A stretch of DNA of 64,000 nt. It comes from an uncultured Acidobacteriota bacterium. GTDB taxonomy: Bacteria; Acidobacteriota; Terriglobia; UBA7540. Of this stretch, positions 9,634-19,573 are shown one piece after another (within the stretch, counting starts at the first letter, position 1; each line of letters begins with the position of its first letter). The translations under genes and the position numbers were made by a program. The notes under the pieces are model-generated. The model ran no database searches and was not told the origin of the DNA. It saw only the letters and a list, made by a program, of their open reading frames with translations. The stretch is from the NCBI GenBank assembly GCA_963804995.1, contig CAWDSK010000005.1:1024001-1088000 (forward strand). The letters are read 5' to 3'.

Positions 9634-11091
9634 ATGAGAGGACAGCGCATGGGCTCGAAACTCTTGGCAAGAGGATGGCAAATACTTGCGGCAAGTCTGG
9701 TTTGTTTGCTGCCGACCTTTATTATCCTGGGTTCACCACAAGGTGCGGCCCATGCGGCTGACCCGCCGCATCTCAACCTCGTGATCGACACCTCGCGGAC
9801 GGTGGGCGACATCGACCTCACCCGCTATGCGCTGGGGCAGGGTGGGCTTTCGAGCGATCCGATGTTTGATTCCGAGGTTCCCCAGATTGCCCATCTCCAT
9901 ACTCAAACCATTCGTCTCTTCGTACTGGACCATTTTGATATTTATCCGGCCCACGGAGTGTACCAGTGGGCCAAGCTCGACCGAACGATCGAGACAATCC
10001 TCGCGACCGGCGCCAAGCCCATCATGTGCTTGGCGATCAAGCCGCACATTCTTTACCCGAAAATCGATCAGGACATTGTTCACCCTACGGATTATCAGGA
10101 ATGGGAACAACTGATTTATCAACTGGTCAAACATTGTAACGAAGAGCGCAAGTTTGGAATTATCTACTGGGAGGTGGGCAATGAAGGGGATATCGGTGAA
10201 GAGGGAGGATGCCCTTACCGCTTCCGGCCGGATGACTATGTAACCTACTACGCGCACACGGCCGGCGCCATTCTCCGAGCTGACCCTCAGGCCCGGGTGG
10301 GAGGACCTGCCGCGGCAGGGTACGAGACTCCTATCATCGATGCTCTAATTGCGCAGGCGGGGGCAGGGAAGATTCCTCTGCACTTTGTCTCCTGGCACAT
10401 GTACGACAGCCACCCGGCGGACTTTCGCCAAAGCATCCGCACCATCAGGGCCAAGCTCGGGAAATATCCTGGCCTTCGGGACGTTGAGACGGTGCTGGAT
10501 GAATGGAACATGTCGCTGGGCAGGCCGGAGGTGAACCCGTTTTTCCAGCCCGCCTTCATCCTGGAAGTCACTCAGGGTTTCAAAGAAGAACAATTGAGCC
10601 GATCGGGCTACTATCACATTCGCGACTGGTATGTAGATGCGGAGACTGGCTGGAAGTCCATGTCGCCGGACAATGAGGCCGTCGAGTTGCACTTTTGGAA
10701 TATTACACCCCAGTTCCTGGGTCTTTACGATAACCAGGGGAGGGTGCGTCCGGCATACTACACGTTTCTGTTGCTCAGCTTGATCAAGGGACGCGAGCTC
10801 TCGATCTCGGGGACCAATGCGGATGTCAAAGCCTTCGCGGCACTCGACGGGCATTGGACGAACGTCGTCCTCTGGAATTTTCCCAGTTCGGACCCGACGC
10901 GGTCTTACGACGTTGAGCTACGATTCCCGGCAGACCATAAGGGAGGACTGCGCGTTGTCCGACTTAACCCTGAGGCTCCTGTCAATAACCTTGAAGTCTT
11001 GAGGTCAAGCGACATCCAGGACTTGGATTCGCAGCCGATCCGCCTGATGCTCCATCCCTATGAGATTTATTGGGTTGAGATTAGTCGTTAG
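9634..11091 (+). CDS. Secreted glycoside hydrolase, GH39-like (clan GH-A)
   Basis: YWEVGNE acid/base motif, FVSWHMY, LDEWN nucleophile region; signal peptide. Confidence 0.75.
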   Translation: MRGQRMGSKLLARGWQILAASLVCLLPTFIILGSPQGAAHAADPPHLNLVIDTSRTVGDIDLTRYALGQGGLSSDPMFDSEVPQIAHLHTQTIRLFVLDHFDIYPAHGVYQWAKLDRTIETILATGAKPIMCLAIKPHILYPKIDQDIVHPTDYQEWEQLIYQLVKHCNEERKFGIIYWEVGNEGDIGEEGGCPYRFRPDDYVTYYAHTAGAILRADPQARVGGPAAAGYETPIIDALIAQAGAGKIPLHFVSWHMYDSHPADFRQSIRTIRAKLGKYPGLRDVETVLDEWNMSLGRPEVNPFFQPAFILEVTQGFKEEQLSRSGYYHIRDWYVDAETGWKSMSPDNEAVELHFWNITPQFLGLYDNQGRVRPAYYTFLLLSLIKGRELSISGTNADVKAFAALDGHWTNVVLWNFPSSDPTRSYDVELRFPADHKGGLRVVRLNPEAPVNNLEVLRSSDIQDLDSQPIRLMLHPYEIYWVEISR

Positions 11092-11165
11092 CAGGGCACT
11101 CATCCGATAATGTCAGGCCGGACCTGAGCGTATCCTTTGGTTTAACCATGAAGTGAAGGGGGGAC

Positions 11166-12641
11166 ATGTCCATCGAGATCCCGGCGCCAGCGCAGCCTCC
11201 TGCTCCCCAAGCCCAGGCCGCGATTTCCTCCCAGTTTCGCAAATGGCTTGCCCCGCTATTCTTCGGAATCGTGTTGCTCGTCATTCCTCCGCCGGCTGGC
11301 CTCGCGCCGGTTGCCTGGCATTTCTTTGCCCTCTTCGTCGCGGTGATTGTGGCTTTGATCACAGAGCCCATGCCGGGGGCAGCCATCGGGTTTATTGGCG
11401 TGACCATCGCGGCGGTGTTTCTCTTAGTGGGGAAGACGCCTGGGGAAGCCGTGCGCTGGGCTCTCTCCGGATTCTCGAATGAGGCCGTATGGCTGATTTT
11501 CGCAGCCAACATGTTTGCGCTGGGCTATGAAGCAACTGGATTGGGGCGGCGCATCGCGCTTCTCCTGGTCAAGTCGCTTGGCCGGCGCACGCTGGGATTA
11601 GGCTACGCGGTGGCGCTCGCCGATCTTTGCCTTGCGCCGTTCATGCCCTCGAACACCGCGCGCAGCGGCGGAACGGTGTATCCTATCGTGAAGAATATCC
11701 CGCCGCTTTTCGGATCACATCCGGACAACCATCCGCGCAAGATTGGCTCCTACCTGATGTGGACGTCCTTCGCGACCACTTGTGTTACCAGTTCCATGTT
11801 TCTGACGGGGCTCGCGCCGAACCTGTTGGCTGTGGAGATCGCGCGCAAGGTGGCGCATGTGAACATCACCTGGACCATGTGGTTCGAGGGTTTTCTGCCG
11901 GTGGGTATCTTGCTTTTTGCCGGCACTCCCTTGCTGACCTACGTGCTTTATCCTCCGGAGGTGAAGCGTGGTGACGAGGTCGCGGTCTGGGCGGCGAACG
12001 AATTACGCAGCATGGGTGGCATCACGCGGCGGGAATTGACCATGGGTCTTCTGGTGTTGGGAGCTCTGATGGCGTGGATTGGGGGCAGTCGCTGGGTCGC
12101 CCCGGTCACGGTGGCGCTCGGGGTGATCTCCCTGATGTTGCTGACCAAGGTGGTTACCTGGGGAGAAATCCTGGCCCACCGGCAGGGATGGAACGTGCTG
12201 GTGTGGTTTGCCACACTGGTGGCGCTTGCGGACGGGCTCAGCACGGTGGGGTTCCTCTCTTGGTTTGTCCAGCGTGCCGGCAGCGTCGCGGTGCATGTCC
12301 CCATGACCGCCGTGCTCGCCGGGGCCATCGCTCTCTTCTTCCTTGTCCATTACCTGTTCGCGAGCCTTACGGCACAGACTACTGCTCTGATGCCGGTCTT
12401 TCTCCTGGCGATTATTGCGGTGCCGGGGGTTCCCGTCAGAGCTGCCGCGCTGCTGCTGGCCTACTCTCTGGGATTGATGGGCGTGATCAATCCCTACGCC
12501 ACAGGACCGGCGCCCATCTGGTACGGCAGCGGGTACATTTCGACGAAAGATTTCTGGAGGCTGGGAGCAATTATGGGGGCGGTCTACCTGGGATTGCTGC
12601 TCTTCCTCGGTATTCCCTATGTGACTACTTTTCTGCCCTGA
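11166..12641 (+). CDS. DASS-family anion permease (CitT/TtdT-like di/tricarboxylate antiporter)
   Basis: PSNTARSGG and TSSMFLTGLAPN motifs, YATGPAPIWYGSGY, many TM helices. Confidence 0.92.
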   Translation: MSIEIPAPAQPPAPQAQAAISSQFRKWLAPLFFGIVLLVIPPPAGLAPVAWHFFALFVAVIVALITEPMPGAAIGFIGVTIAAVFLLVGKTPGEAVRWALSGFSNEAVWLIFAANMFALGYEATGLGRRIALLLVKSLGRRTLGLGYAVALADLCLAPFMPSNTARSGGTVYPIVKNIPPLFGSHPDNHPRKIGSYLMWTSFATTCVTSSMFLTGLAPNLLAVEIARKVAHVNITWTMWFEGFLPVGILLFAGTPLLTYVLYPPEVKRGDEVAVWAANELRSMGGITRRELTMGLLVLGALMAWIGGSRWVAPVTVALGVISLMLLTKVVTWGEILAHRQGWNVLVWFATLVALADGLSTVGFLSWFVQRAGSVAVHVPMTAVLAGAIALFFLVHYLFASLTAQTTALMPVFLLAIIAVPGVPVRAAALLLAYSLGLMGVINPYATGPAPIWYGSGYISTKDFWRLGAIMGAVYLGLLLFLGIPYVTTFLP

Positions 12642-12687
12642 GCAGAAGTTCTTCCCCACAGAAGAGCCAGCGTAGCGGAGATCGACT

Positions 12688-13656
12688 CTATTCTGCGATG
12701 AAGAGGCTCTCCGCAAAGGCCCATTCATCATCGACCCATTGGGCGTCCGAACGGAAGCCGCTCTCGCGAGCCATTTGAATTATTTCGGGAAGGTTGTATT
12801 TGTGGCTGCTCTCCGTCCAGATGGTTTCGCCTCGATCGAGCATCACAGTGAAATTCGCTCCCGGAATCGCCACGGTTTGTTCTGAGGCCGACAGGAGATG
12901 CATTTCAATCCGTCGCTCCTCGTAGTTGTAGCGCGCGACGTGCCGGAACTGGTGCAATTGAAAGTTTGCGTCCAATTCGCGGTTAAGACGCGCCAGAAGG
13001 TTGAGATTGAACGCGGCGGTTACGCCCAGGGGATCGTCGTAGGCAAGAAGCAGTTGGGGGGCAGGTTTTTCGAGGTCCGTCCCTAAGAGCAGAGAATCCC
13101 CCGGCACCAGAATCTGACGCACCTGCCGAAGAAACTGCACACCCGCCGGACGATCGAAATTCCCAATGGTGCTGCCCAGAAACAGAACCAGGAGACGCTG
13201 CTCCGGGCGGCGGTGGGCGGCGACTTCCAACAAGCCATCTAAATACTCGCGCTCCAAGCCATCGATAGTGATGGATTCAATATCGCCCAGATCCCGCTTG
13301 CACATATCGAGCGCAGAGCCTGAAATCTCGATGGGGCGATAAGTCACGGGCTGCCTTCGGCGCAATGCCTCGAGAAGCCAGCGGGTTTTTCTGCCGCTGC
13401 CGCAACCCAGTTCCGCCACGAGTGCCGACGGTGACACTCGCGAAACGATAGCCGACGCATGCTTACGAATCAGCCTCTCGTCAGCGCGCGTAAGGCCGTA
13501 TTCAGGCAGGTGGCTGATGACTTCAAAGAGCGCGGAGCCAACCTCGTCGTAGAAGTACTTGGAGGGCAACTCCTTTTGGCCCTTTTTAGAGAGTCCCGCC
13601 CGGACCTCATGAGCAAGGTCGGAGAGCGAATTGGCCGCGATGCTATGGGTCAGCAT
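12688..13656 (-). CDS. egtD: L-histidine N-alpha-methyltransferase
   Basis: KELPSKYFYDEVGSALFE, ELGCGSG.KT, FLGSTIGNF, AYDDPLGVTAAFNLN, TESSHKY. Confidence 0.95.
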   Translation of the reverse strand: MLTHSIAANSLSDLAHEVRAGLSKKGQKELPSKYFYDEVGSALFEVISHLPEYGLTRADERLIRKHASAIVSRVSPSALVAELGCGSGRKTRWLLEALRRRQPVTYRPIEISGSALDMCKRDLGDIESITIDGLEREYLDGLLEVAAHRRPEQRLLVLFLGSTIGNFDRPAGVQFLRQVRQILVPGDSLLLGTDLEKPAPQLLLAYDDPLGVTAAFNLNLLARLNRELDANFQLHQFRHVARYNYEERRIEMHLLSASEQTVAIPGANFTVMLDRGETIWTESSHKYNLPEIIQMARESGFRSDAQWVDDEWAFAESLFIAE

Positions 13657-13671
13657 GGTTTCGTGCCCGAT

Positions 13672-15009
13672 TCAGGAGCCGCTGCTTGCGCTCCGAAAGG
13701 TCGCGTACACATACGGGTAATGCGGTTGAAACCAGTTACGGAAAGAGCGTCGCAAAAGTGCCGCCGCAGTGCGGGCGGAGCCGCCTTTCATCACATAGTG
13801 CTTGCCATCGAAAAAGTCAGCGGAATACCCTTTGTAAAACGGGAATGCTTGAAAACCCGGCAGAGGCGCGAAGACGGTGGAGGTCCATTCCCAGCCGTTG
13901 CCCACGAGGTCTGCCACGCCGAAGGCGCTGGTGCCGGCCGGATATGCGCCGACCGGCGCCGGGTCCCAACGCTGGAAGTTGAAATTCCCGTGGTGTGGTT
14001 CGGGAGGTCTATCGCCCCAGGGATATTCTCGCTCCCGGCCCTCCGGCGTTCCATATGCAGCGCGGTGGAGTTGTGCCTCCGTGGGTAATTCTTTTCCCGC
14101 CCAGCGCGCATAAGCCGCCGCTTCGGCGTGGCTTGCATACACCGGCCAATCGAGCGGCAGGGGAATCTCTTGAAACATGGTGCGATAAAACCACCGGCCA
14201 TCTTGGCGCCTCCAAAATAGCGGGTGCTTAATCCCCTGCAAAGTTTTCCATTCCCAGCCGATATCCGTCCAGAACTTCCGGTCTTCATAGCCGCTGGCGG
14301 TGATGAATTCCAGGAATTGGCGATTCGTTATGTTGTGAACATCGATGGCGAATTCGGGCACGGCAACTTCCTGCGTCTCAAACTCGTTATCCCAGCCGAA
14401 AGTTCTGTCGCCAGTTCGCGGCAATCCCAGGGTCGCGATGCCCGCGGGAATCTTCACCATCCTGGGCACAACCGGTGGACCATCGAGCGGTGGGTCTTGC
14501 GCCTGCGGAAGCTTGTTTTCGAACGGCAACTGGTGCAGCATGTATGCAAAGGTTTCTGCGTGCATCAGCCTGTGCTCAAGCGCAACGTGGAGAGCATAGC
14601 CATCGCGGAGCAGCGGCAGGGCAGGATCTGAGAACGACACTTTCTCAAGAGCATCATCAAGCGTTTGACGGACGCGCTCGTTGTAGCGGTAGACCTCCGG
14701 CAGCGATGGCCAGTCCGAGGGCAGGTCAGTGGGCAGGCCGCCACCTACGGGGTCGATCCCGAAGGCAAACAACTGATCGAAATCTTTGTGGAAGGGTTTG
14801 AGATCAAGAATGGTCCGGCCGATCAGATTCCAATCAAAGGCCTCAAGATGCCCGATGTAAAAGAGGATGCGGTGCCGCTCGGGAATCGGCCGCTCGCAAA
14901 GGCTTTCGCGGCGCACCACTCGAAAGAGTTCATCCGTGAGGACACGGGCTTTGACAATGGACGTGACGAGGTTGCGCCCTGCCTCGATGACGGTTTGTTG
15001 GCTTTGCAT
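13672..15009 (-). CDS. egtB: Ergothioneine sulfoxide synthase (DinB_2 + FGE-sulfatase domains)
   Basis: H..HxxxH iron ligands (GHLEAF, EHRLMHAET), LPTEAQ, GNGWEWT, RRSFRNWF; directly upstream of egtD. Confidence 0.88.
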   Translation of the reverse strand: MQSQQTVIEAGRNLVTSIVKARVLTDELFRVVRRESLCERPIPERHRILFYIGHLEAFDWNLIGRTILDLKPFHKDFDQLFAFGIDPVGGGLPTDLPSDWPSLPEVYRYNERVRQTLDDALEKVSFSDPALPLLRDGYALHVALEHRLMHAETFAYMLHQLPFENKLPQAQDPPLDGPPVVPRMVKIPAGIATLGLPRTGDRTFGWDNEFETQEVAVPEFAIDVHNITNRQFLEFITASGYEDRKFWTDIGWEWKTLQGIKHPLFWRRQDGRWFYRTMFQEIPLPLDWPVYASHAEAAAYARWAGKELPTEAQLHRAAYGTPEGREREYPWGDRPPEPHHGNFNFQRWDPAPVGAYPAGTSAFGVADLVGNGWEWTSTVFAPLPGFQAFPFYKGYSADFFDGKHYVMKGGSARTAAALLRRSFRNWFQPHYPYVYATFRSASSGS

Positions 15010-15288
15010 TCGCCCTCACGTGGACTTACAAGAATTGGATTGTTTGAGCAGCCCCGAAGTTTCAAGATTAGGCTTATCGGACAGGTGAAGTCAACCGGGA
15101 ACCTGAGCAGGCAGTGGCCTAGCGGGACAGAACGGCAAATTAGAAGTAAAAATGCATGAAGGCGGGGAAATTGGTGGGACAAGGGCCGCTTAGCCCCTCG
15201 GAGAGCAACAAGTGGGACAGTCCCACTTTTTTACAATACGTCGCGGGTCTGCAAAAGTAGGGCGCAGGGAGACTCGGGAGAGCACCCT

Positions 15289-16065
15289 ATGAACGTCAGG
15301 TCAGAACCGGATGTGGTTATTGAATGTCGTGGCGTATCGTACCGCCTCGCCGATGGGCGAACCCTGCTCTCCGATCTGAACCTCCAAATCCGGCGCGGGG
15401 AAACCTTGGTAGTCCTGGGCCGAAGCGGTTCCGGCAAAACCACCACCTTAAAACTCATCAACCGGCTCCTGGAGCCTACCGAGGGCCAGGTACTGGTGGA
15501 AGGGCGTGCCACGCGCGATTGGGATCCCATTCGCCTGCGCCGTCACATTGGCTACGTCATTCAGGAGGTCGGGCTGTTTCCGCATTTCACGGTGGAGCGC
15601 AACGTAGCGCTGGTGCCTCGTTTGGAGGATTGGCCGGCGGAGCGGACGCGCACGCGGGTCCACGAATTGCTCGCTCTGGTGGGGCTTGAACCGGAGCGCT
15701 TCGCCGGTCGATACCCCCGGGAGCTTTCCGGTGGCCAGCGGCAGCGGGTGGGCGTAGCGCGCGCCCTCGCCGCCGATCCGCCGTTGCTGTTGATGGACGA
15801 ACCTTTCGGGGCGCTTGATCCCTTGACCCGCGCCGAAATCCAACAGGAGTTTCAAGCTCTGGAGCGGCGCCTCGAAAAGACCATCGTTTTCGTCACGCAC
15901 GATTTGCGCGAAGCCCTGATGCTGGCGACGCGTGTAGCGCTGATGGAAAGTGGCAAGCTGGTGGGGGTGTATACGCCGGAGGAATTCCGGCAGGCGCCTG
16001 ACCCGACCGTGGCGGCGTATGTCCGGGCTTTCGAAACTTCCGAACCCCCGCGAGGAGGCGAATGA
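15289..16065 (+). CDS. ABC transporter ATPase, osmoprotectant (OpuCA/OsmV-like) family
   Basis: [30 protein letters not shown]. Confidence 0.93.
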   Translation: MNVRSEPDVVIECRGVSYRLADGRTLLSDLNLQIRRGETLVVLGRSGSGKTTTLKLINRLLEPTEGQVLVEGRATRDWDPIRLRRHIGYVIQEVGLFPHFTVERNVALVPRLEDWPAERTRTRVHELLALVGLEPERFAGRYPRELSGGQRQRVGVARALAADPPLLLMDEPFGALDPLTRAEIQQEFQALERRLEKTIVFVTHDLREALMLATRVALMESGKLVGVYTPEEFRQAPDPTVAAYVRAFETSEPPRGGE

Positions 16066-16694
16066 ACATCCTGCAATTCTTCTTGAAAAACCAAGCGCAG
16101 ATCTACGAGCTGACGCTCGAACATCTATGGCTGGTGGGCGTTTCCATGCTGCTGGCGGTAACGATCGGCTTGCCTCTGGGCATTCTGCTCACGCGCCGGC
16201 CGGTATTCCGCCGAGCGATCCTCGGCAGCGCCACCATTGTGCAAACCATTCCTTCGCTTGCCTTGTTCGGTTTCCTGCTGCCTGCTCCCTGGCTCGGCGA
16301 GCGCGCGGATCGGCTGGCCATCACCGCCCTCACACTCTATGCGCTTCTCCCCATCATCCAGAATACCTATGCCGGAATTACGGGCGTGGATGCCGGGGTG
16401 CGAGAAGCGGCGCGGGGCATGGGCATGACCGATTTCGAGTTGCTGCTTCAGGTTGAACTACCGCTGGCTTTTGGTGTGATTCTAACCGGCGTGCGCGTGG
16501 CCACGGTGATCACGGTCGGCGTCGCCACCATTGCCGCCGCGATTGGCGCGGGTGGCCTGGGCGAATTCATCTTCCGCGGCCTGGCCATGGTTGACAACCG
16601 AGTCATTCTGGCCGGAGCGATTCCGGCCGCGCTCATGGCTCTGCTGGCCGATTTTCTCTTGAGCCGTCTGGAGCGCCGCTTCCATTACGTGTGA
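16062..16694 (+). CDS. ABC transporter permease, osmoprotectant family
   Basis: QTIPSLALFG, EAARGMGM (EAA loop), IGAGGLG. Confidence 0.93.
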   Translation: MNILQFFLKNQAQIYELTLEHLWLVGVSMLLAVTIGLPLGILLTRRPVFRRAILGSATIVQTIPSLALFGFLLPAPWLGERADRLAITALTLYALLPIIQNTYAGITGVDAGVREAARGMGMTDFELLLQVELPLAFGVILTGVRVATVITVGVATIAAAIGAGGLGEFIFRGLAMVDNRVILAGAIPAALMALLADFLLSRLERRFHYV

Positions 16695-17578
16695 TGGTTC
16701 TGCATCGCGCCCTTCTCGTATGGTTGTGCTGCACGCTTCTGGCGGGCTGCGGTGGACTTCGCGAGCGCCGCATCGTAATCGGTTCCAAGAACTTCACCGA
16801 ACAGGTTGTGCTGGGTGAGTTGCTGGCCCAGCACATCGAAGCGAAAACTCACTTGCCTGTGGACCGCCGCTTTTACCTGGCGGGGACTTACATCTGCCAT
16901 CAGGCGATTCTGGCGGGGCGTATCGACCTTTACGCCGAGTATACGGGCACGGCGCTCGCTGCCGTCCTCAAGCAGCCTGCCGCGAGTAATCCCGAGGAAG
17001 TATACCAACGCGTCCAGCGAGACTATGCCCGGCGATTTCACCTCGTCGTGACGGAGCCTTTGGGTTTTAACAATACCTTTGCCATGGTCATTCGCGGCGC
17101 CGACGCCGTGCGGCTTCACCTTACAACAATTTCTGACGCGGCACGCTACGCGCCTGAGTGGCGGGCAGGATTCGGGTATGAGTTTATGGAACGGCCGGAC
17201 GGCTACCAGGGCCTGGTGCGTACTTACGGACTCACCTTCGCCGCCCCACCGCGCATCATGGATCTGGGGCTGCTGTATCGAGCCCTCCTCGATAAGCAAG
17301 TGGATCTGGTGGCAGGCAATTCCACGGACGGCTTGATTGCGGCCCGCGACTTGGTGGTGCTGGAAGACGATCGGCACTATTTCCCGCCCTACCAGGCTGT
17401 GCCGATTGTCCGGGAGGAGACTTTGGCTCGCTATCCCGCGCTGCGGACGGCGCTCCAAGAATTGGCCGGGAAGATTTCCGATCAGGATATGCGGCAGATG
17501 AATTATGCCGTGGATGGCCAACACCGGGACGTGCAGGAAGTCGCGCGTGAGTTCCTGCGGTCGAAGCACCTGGACTAG
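16691..17578 (+). CDS. Betaine-type ABC substrate-binding lipoprotein (OpuCC/OsmF/EgtU-like)
   Basis: LAGC lipobox; IGSKNFTEQ, YAEYTGT, NNTFA, EFMERPDGY, FPPY. Confidence 0.92.
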   Translation: MMVLHRALLVWLCCTLLAGCGGLRERRIVIGSKNFTEQVVLGELLAQHIEAKTHLPVDRRFYLAGTYICHQAILAGRIDLYAEYTGTALAAVLKQPAASNPEEVYQRVQRDYARRFHLVVTEPLGFNNTFAMVIRGADAVRLHLTTISDAARYAPEWRAGFGYEFMERPDGYQGLVRTYGLTFAAPPRIMDLGLLYRALLDKQVDLVAGNSTDGLIAARDLVVLEDDRHYFPPYQAVPIVREETLARYPALRTALQELAGKISDQDMRQMNYAVDGQHRDVQEVAREFLRSKHLD

Positions 17579-17608
17579 CCCGGCATTCTCAACGAGCCCC
17601 CCACCATG

Positions 17609-17740
17609 AGTAACAGCCCTCTCCGAGGGGAGAGGGTGGACCGCAACCGGCGCTTTCATCAGCCGGGGCGGGACGGGTGAGGGGTCACTTGGGGGTTCGG
17701 GGCGTTTGAGAATCCCAGGAATTCAAAAACCTTCAGCCCC
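17609..17740. repeat. Second copy of the CCCTCTCC/GGAGAGGG repeat element
   Basis: Near-identical to ~4544-4683 over about 130 bp; lies between convergent genes. Confidence 0.8.
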
Positions 17741-18382
17741 TCAAATAATTTCCACCCGGCAATTCTTCACCAGGCTCTTGAACTTCGTGGCGTCAGTATC
17801 GGTGCCCACAATCGCTGCGTAGTGCATGGGCACGGCAATCTTGGGGTTGATGGCCGCCGCAGCCTCCACGGCCTCTTCCACCGTCATCACGTAGGTTCCG
17901 GAGACGGGAAGCAACGCGATGTCGCACTTGATGCCGCTCATTTCGGGGATGATGTCGGTGTCACCTGCGTAATAAACGCGCGTCCCATCCATCGTAAAAA
18001 CAAAGCCCAGGCCCTTTCCCTCCTGGGGATGAAACACTTTCCCCGGCTCGCGAAACTTGTTCACGTTGTAGGCCGGGACGGCTTCGACCTCAACCTTGCC
18101 GACGGAGACTTTGCCACCGGGATCGAGGAAACGTGTTTCTTTCACCTTCAGGCCTTTGAGCCCGTCCTTGCAAAGCGGGCTGGCCACCAGGGTCGTTCCG
18201 GGGAAAATCACTTTATTCAAATCTTCGAGGCTCATGTGGTCGAAGTGCTCGTGGCTCAGCAGAACGATGTCTGCCTCATCTCGATTCGTCACCTTGAACG
18301 GATCGGTATAGAGCACGCGCGATCCCTTGATTTTGAAAGTGTCATGAGCAATGCGAGTGAATTCCAAGTTCAGGAGTTTCAT
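17741..18382 (-). CDS. MBL-fold metallo-hydrolase
   Basis: YTDPF, SHEHFDH, YYAGDTD, PMHY; start at MKLLNL with GGAGG RBS. Confidence 0.9.
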   Translation of the reverse strand: MKLLNLEFTRIAHDTFKIKGSRVLYTDPFKVTNRDEADIVLLSHEHFDHMSLEDLNKVIFPGTTLVASPLCKDGLKGLKVKETRFLDPGGKVSVGKVEVEAVPAYNVNKFREPGKVFHPQEGKGLGFVFTMDGTRVYYAGDTDIIPEMSGIKCDIALLPVSGTYVMTVEEAVEAAAAINPKIAVPMHYAAIVGTDTDATKFKSLVKNCRVEII

Positions 18383-18536
18383 CAGCCCCCTCCAGGTAGG
18401 TTCCCATTTTCGCGACGGCGCCGGGCGGCGTGCGCTCACCTAGAATATCACCATTCTCAGTATAGGTGCGACCCACACCAACTCTTCCAACCAGTTCGAA
18501 ATCTGTGCTAAAATCTTTTGTCTTCGCGAGTCAGAT

Positions 18537-18612
18537 GGGCCGTTAGCTCAATTGGTAGAGCAACTGACTCTTAATCAGTAGGTTGGGGGTTCGATTCCCT
18601 CACGGCTCACCA
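18537..18612 (+). tRNA. tRNA-Lys (anticodon CTT)
   Basis: 76 nt cloverleaf: GGGCCGT acceptor, AGCTCAATTGGTAGAGC D-arm, ACTGA-CTCTTAA-TCAGT anticodon arm, GGTTCGATTCC T-loop, CCA end. Confidence 0.97.
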
Positions 18613-18698
18613 CCCATCTTATGTTTGTCACCTACGTACTCCGCTTCAAGATGCGCAAGGGTCGGGAAGAAACTAAGCGTTTGGCGGGGGGCTTTCCC

Positions 18699-18762
18699 AG
18701 CTCAATTGGTAGAGGTCGCCGCGGCGACACTCTTAATCAGTAGGTTGGGGGTTCGATTCCCT
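18699..18762 (+). pseudogene. Degenerate partial copy of tRNA-Lys (possible att scar)
   Basis: D-arm and anticodon-loop-to-T-arm match the upstream tRNA; acceptor stem lost; 14-bp palindrome replaces CAACTG. Confidence 0.8.
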
Positions 18763-18989
18763 TACTGAGGATCTGTGCGATCGTCAATATCGTTCCATCG
18801 TGGAATGATTTTGACGTGTTTTTCTCGAAGTCATATCCTGACTGGCTGTACCCGGACCACATCGAACTGGCTCACGAGTAGCTGATCATACTTTGTACCC
18901 ATCCATAGAGTTGCTCGGGATGGATGAATTAGAGAAACGATACCAATAGAGGCAGTTGGGAGTATAATCCGGGCGGCCAGGAGGGCAGT

Positions 18990-19390
18990 ATGCAAAACCT
19001 GGCAAAATCGATCATAGCCTCACCTGGACCGCGGCGGGGGAAGAGGTATCCCGTCGAGCGGCCGGGTCATCCAAGCCGATCGGCTCTGCTCCCAACGAGT
19101 GGACGCGTTCTATTTACCGAACTCATACACAGATTGTCCGTCGCGCTTTGCATTGCCGCATTTGCATGGATGGGTACTTCCTATACTGCGGCTCAATCGG
19201 CGTCTACAGGGGCGATAGCCGGCACAGTTTTGGATCCGAGCGGGGCGGTTATTCCCCGTGTGAGCGTAAGTGTGCGCAGCAATGGCACCGACCAACCCCG
19301 AACCACCATGACCGACGACAGCGGCGAGTATCGACTCTCTTTCCTGCAGCCCGGGTTATACGATCTCACCGCATTAGTCGCTCCCAATAG
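18990..19390 (+). pseudogene. 5' fragment of a TonB-receptor-type gene (carboxypeptidase-regulatory-like domain)
   Basis: GAIAGTVLDPSGAVIP...GEYRLSFLQPGLYDLT, then similarity is lost. Confidence 0.7.
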
Positions 19391-19573
19391 GTGTATGATT
19401 GCGCGCCATCGTGGGCACGGCTGGCTTTCGCCGCTGTCGCGCGAATTCGAGCAGGCCAGTTCTCTGGTACACCGTGGTGAAATTTCACGTGCAGTCATCG
19501 CAGCAGCCAGCCATGTTGGAAGCAAGCCGGTCGGCCTGAGAGGGGCCGACTCGGAGCTTGGAAATTGGGGGTG

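Noticed and set aside
13672..15009. Selenoneine (senA) or ovothiol (ovoA) assignment
   Set aside because: No senB/senC neighbours and no C-terminal methyltransferase domain; egtD is adjacent
15010..15288. Riboswitch between egtB and the ABC importer
   Set aside because: No aptamer consensus recognisable by eye; an Rfam/Infernal scan would decide
19436..19450. TCGCGCGAATTCGA as another enhancer copy
   Set aside because: Partial match only, with no -24/-12 element at the conserved distance
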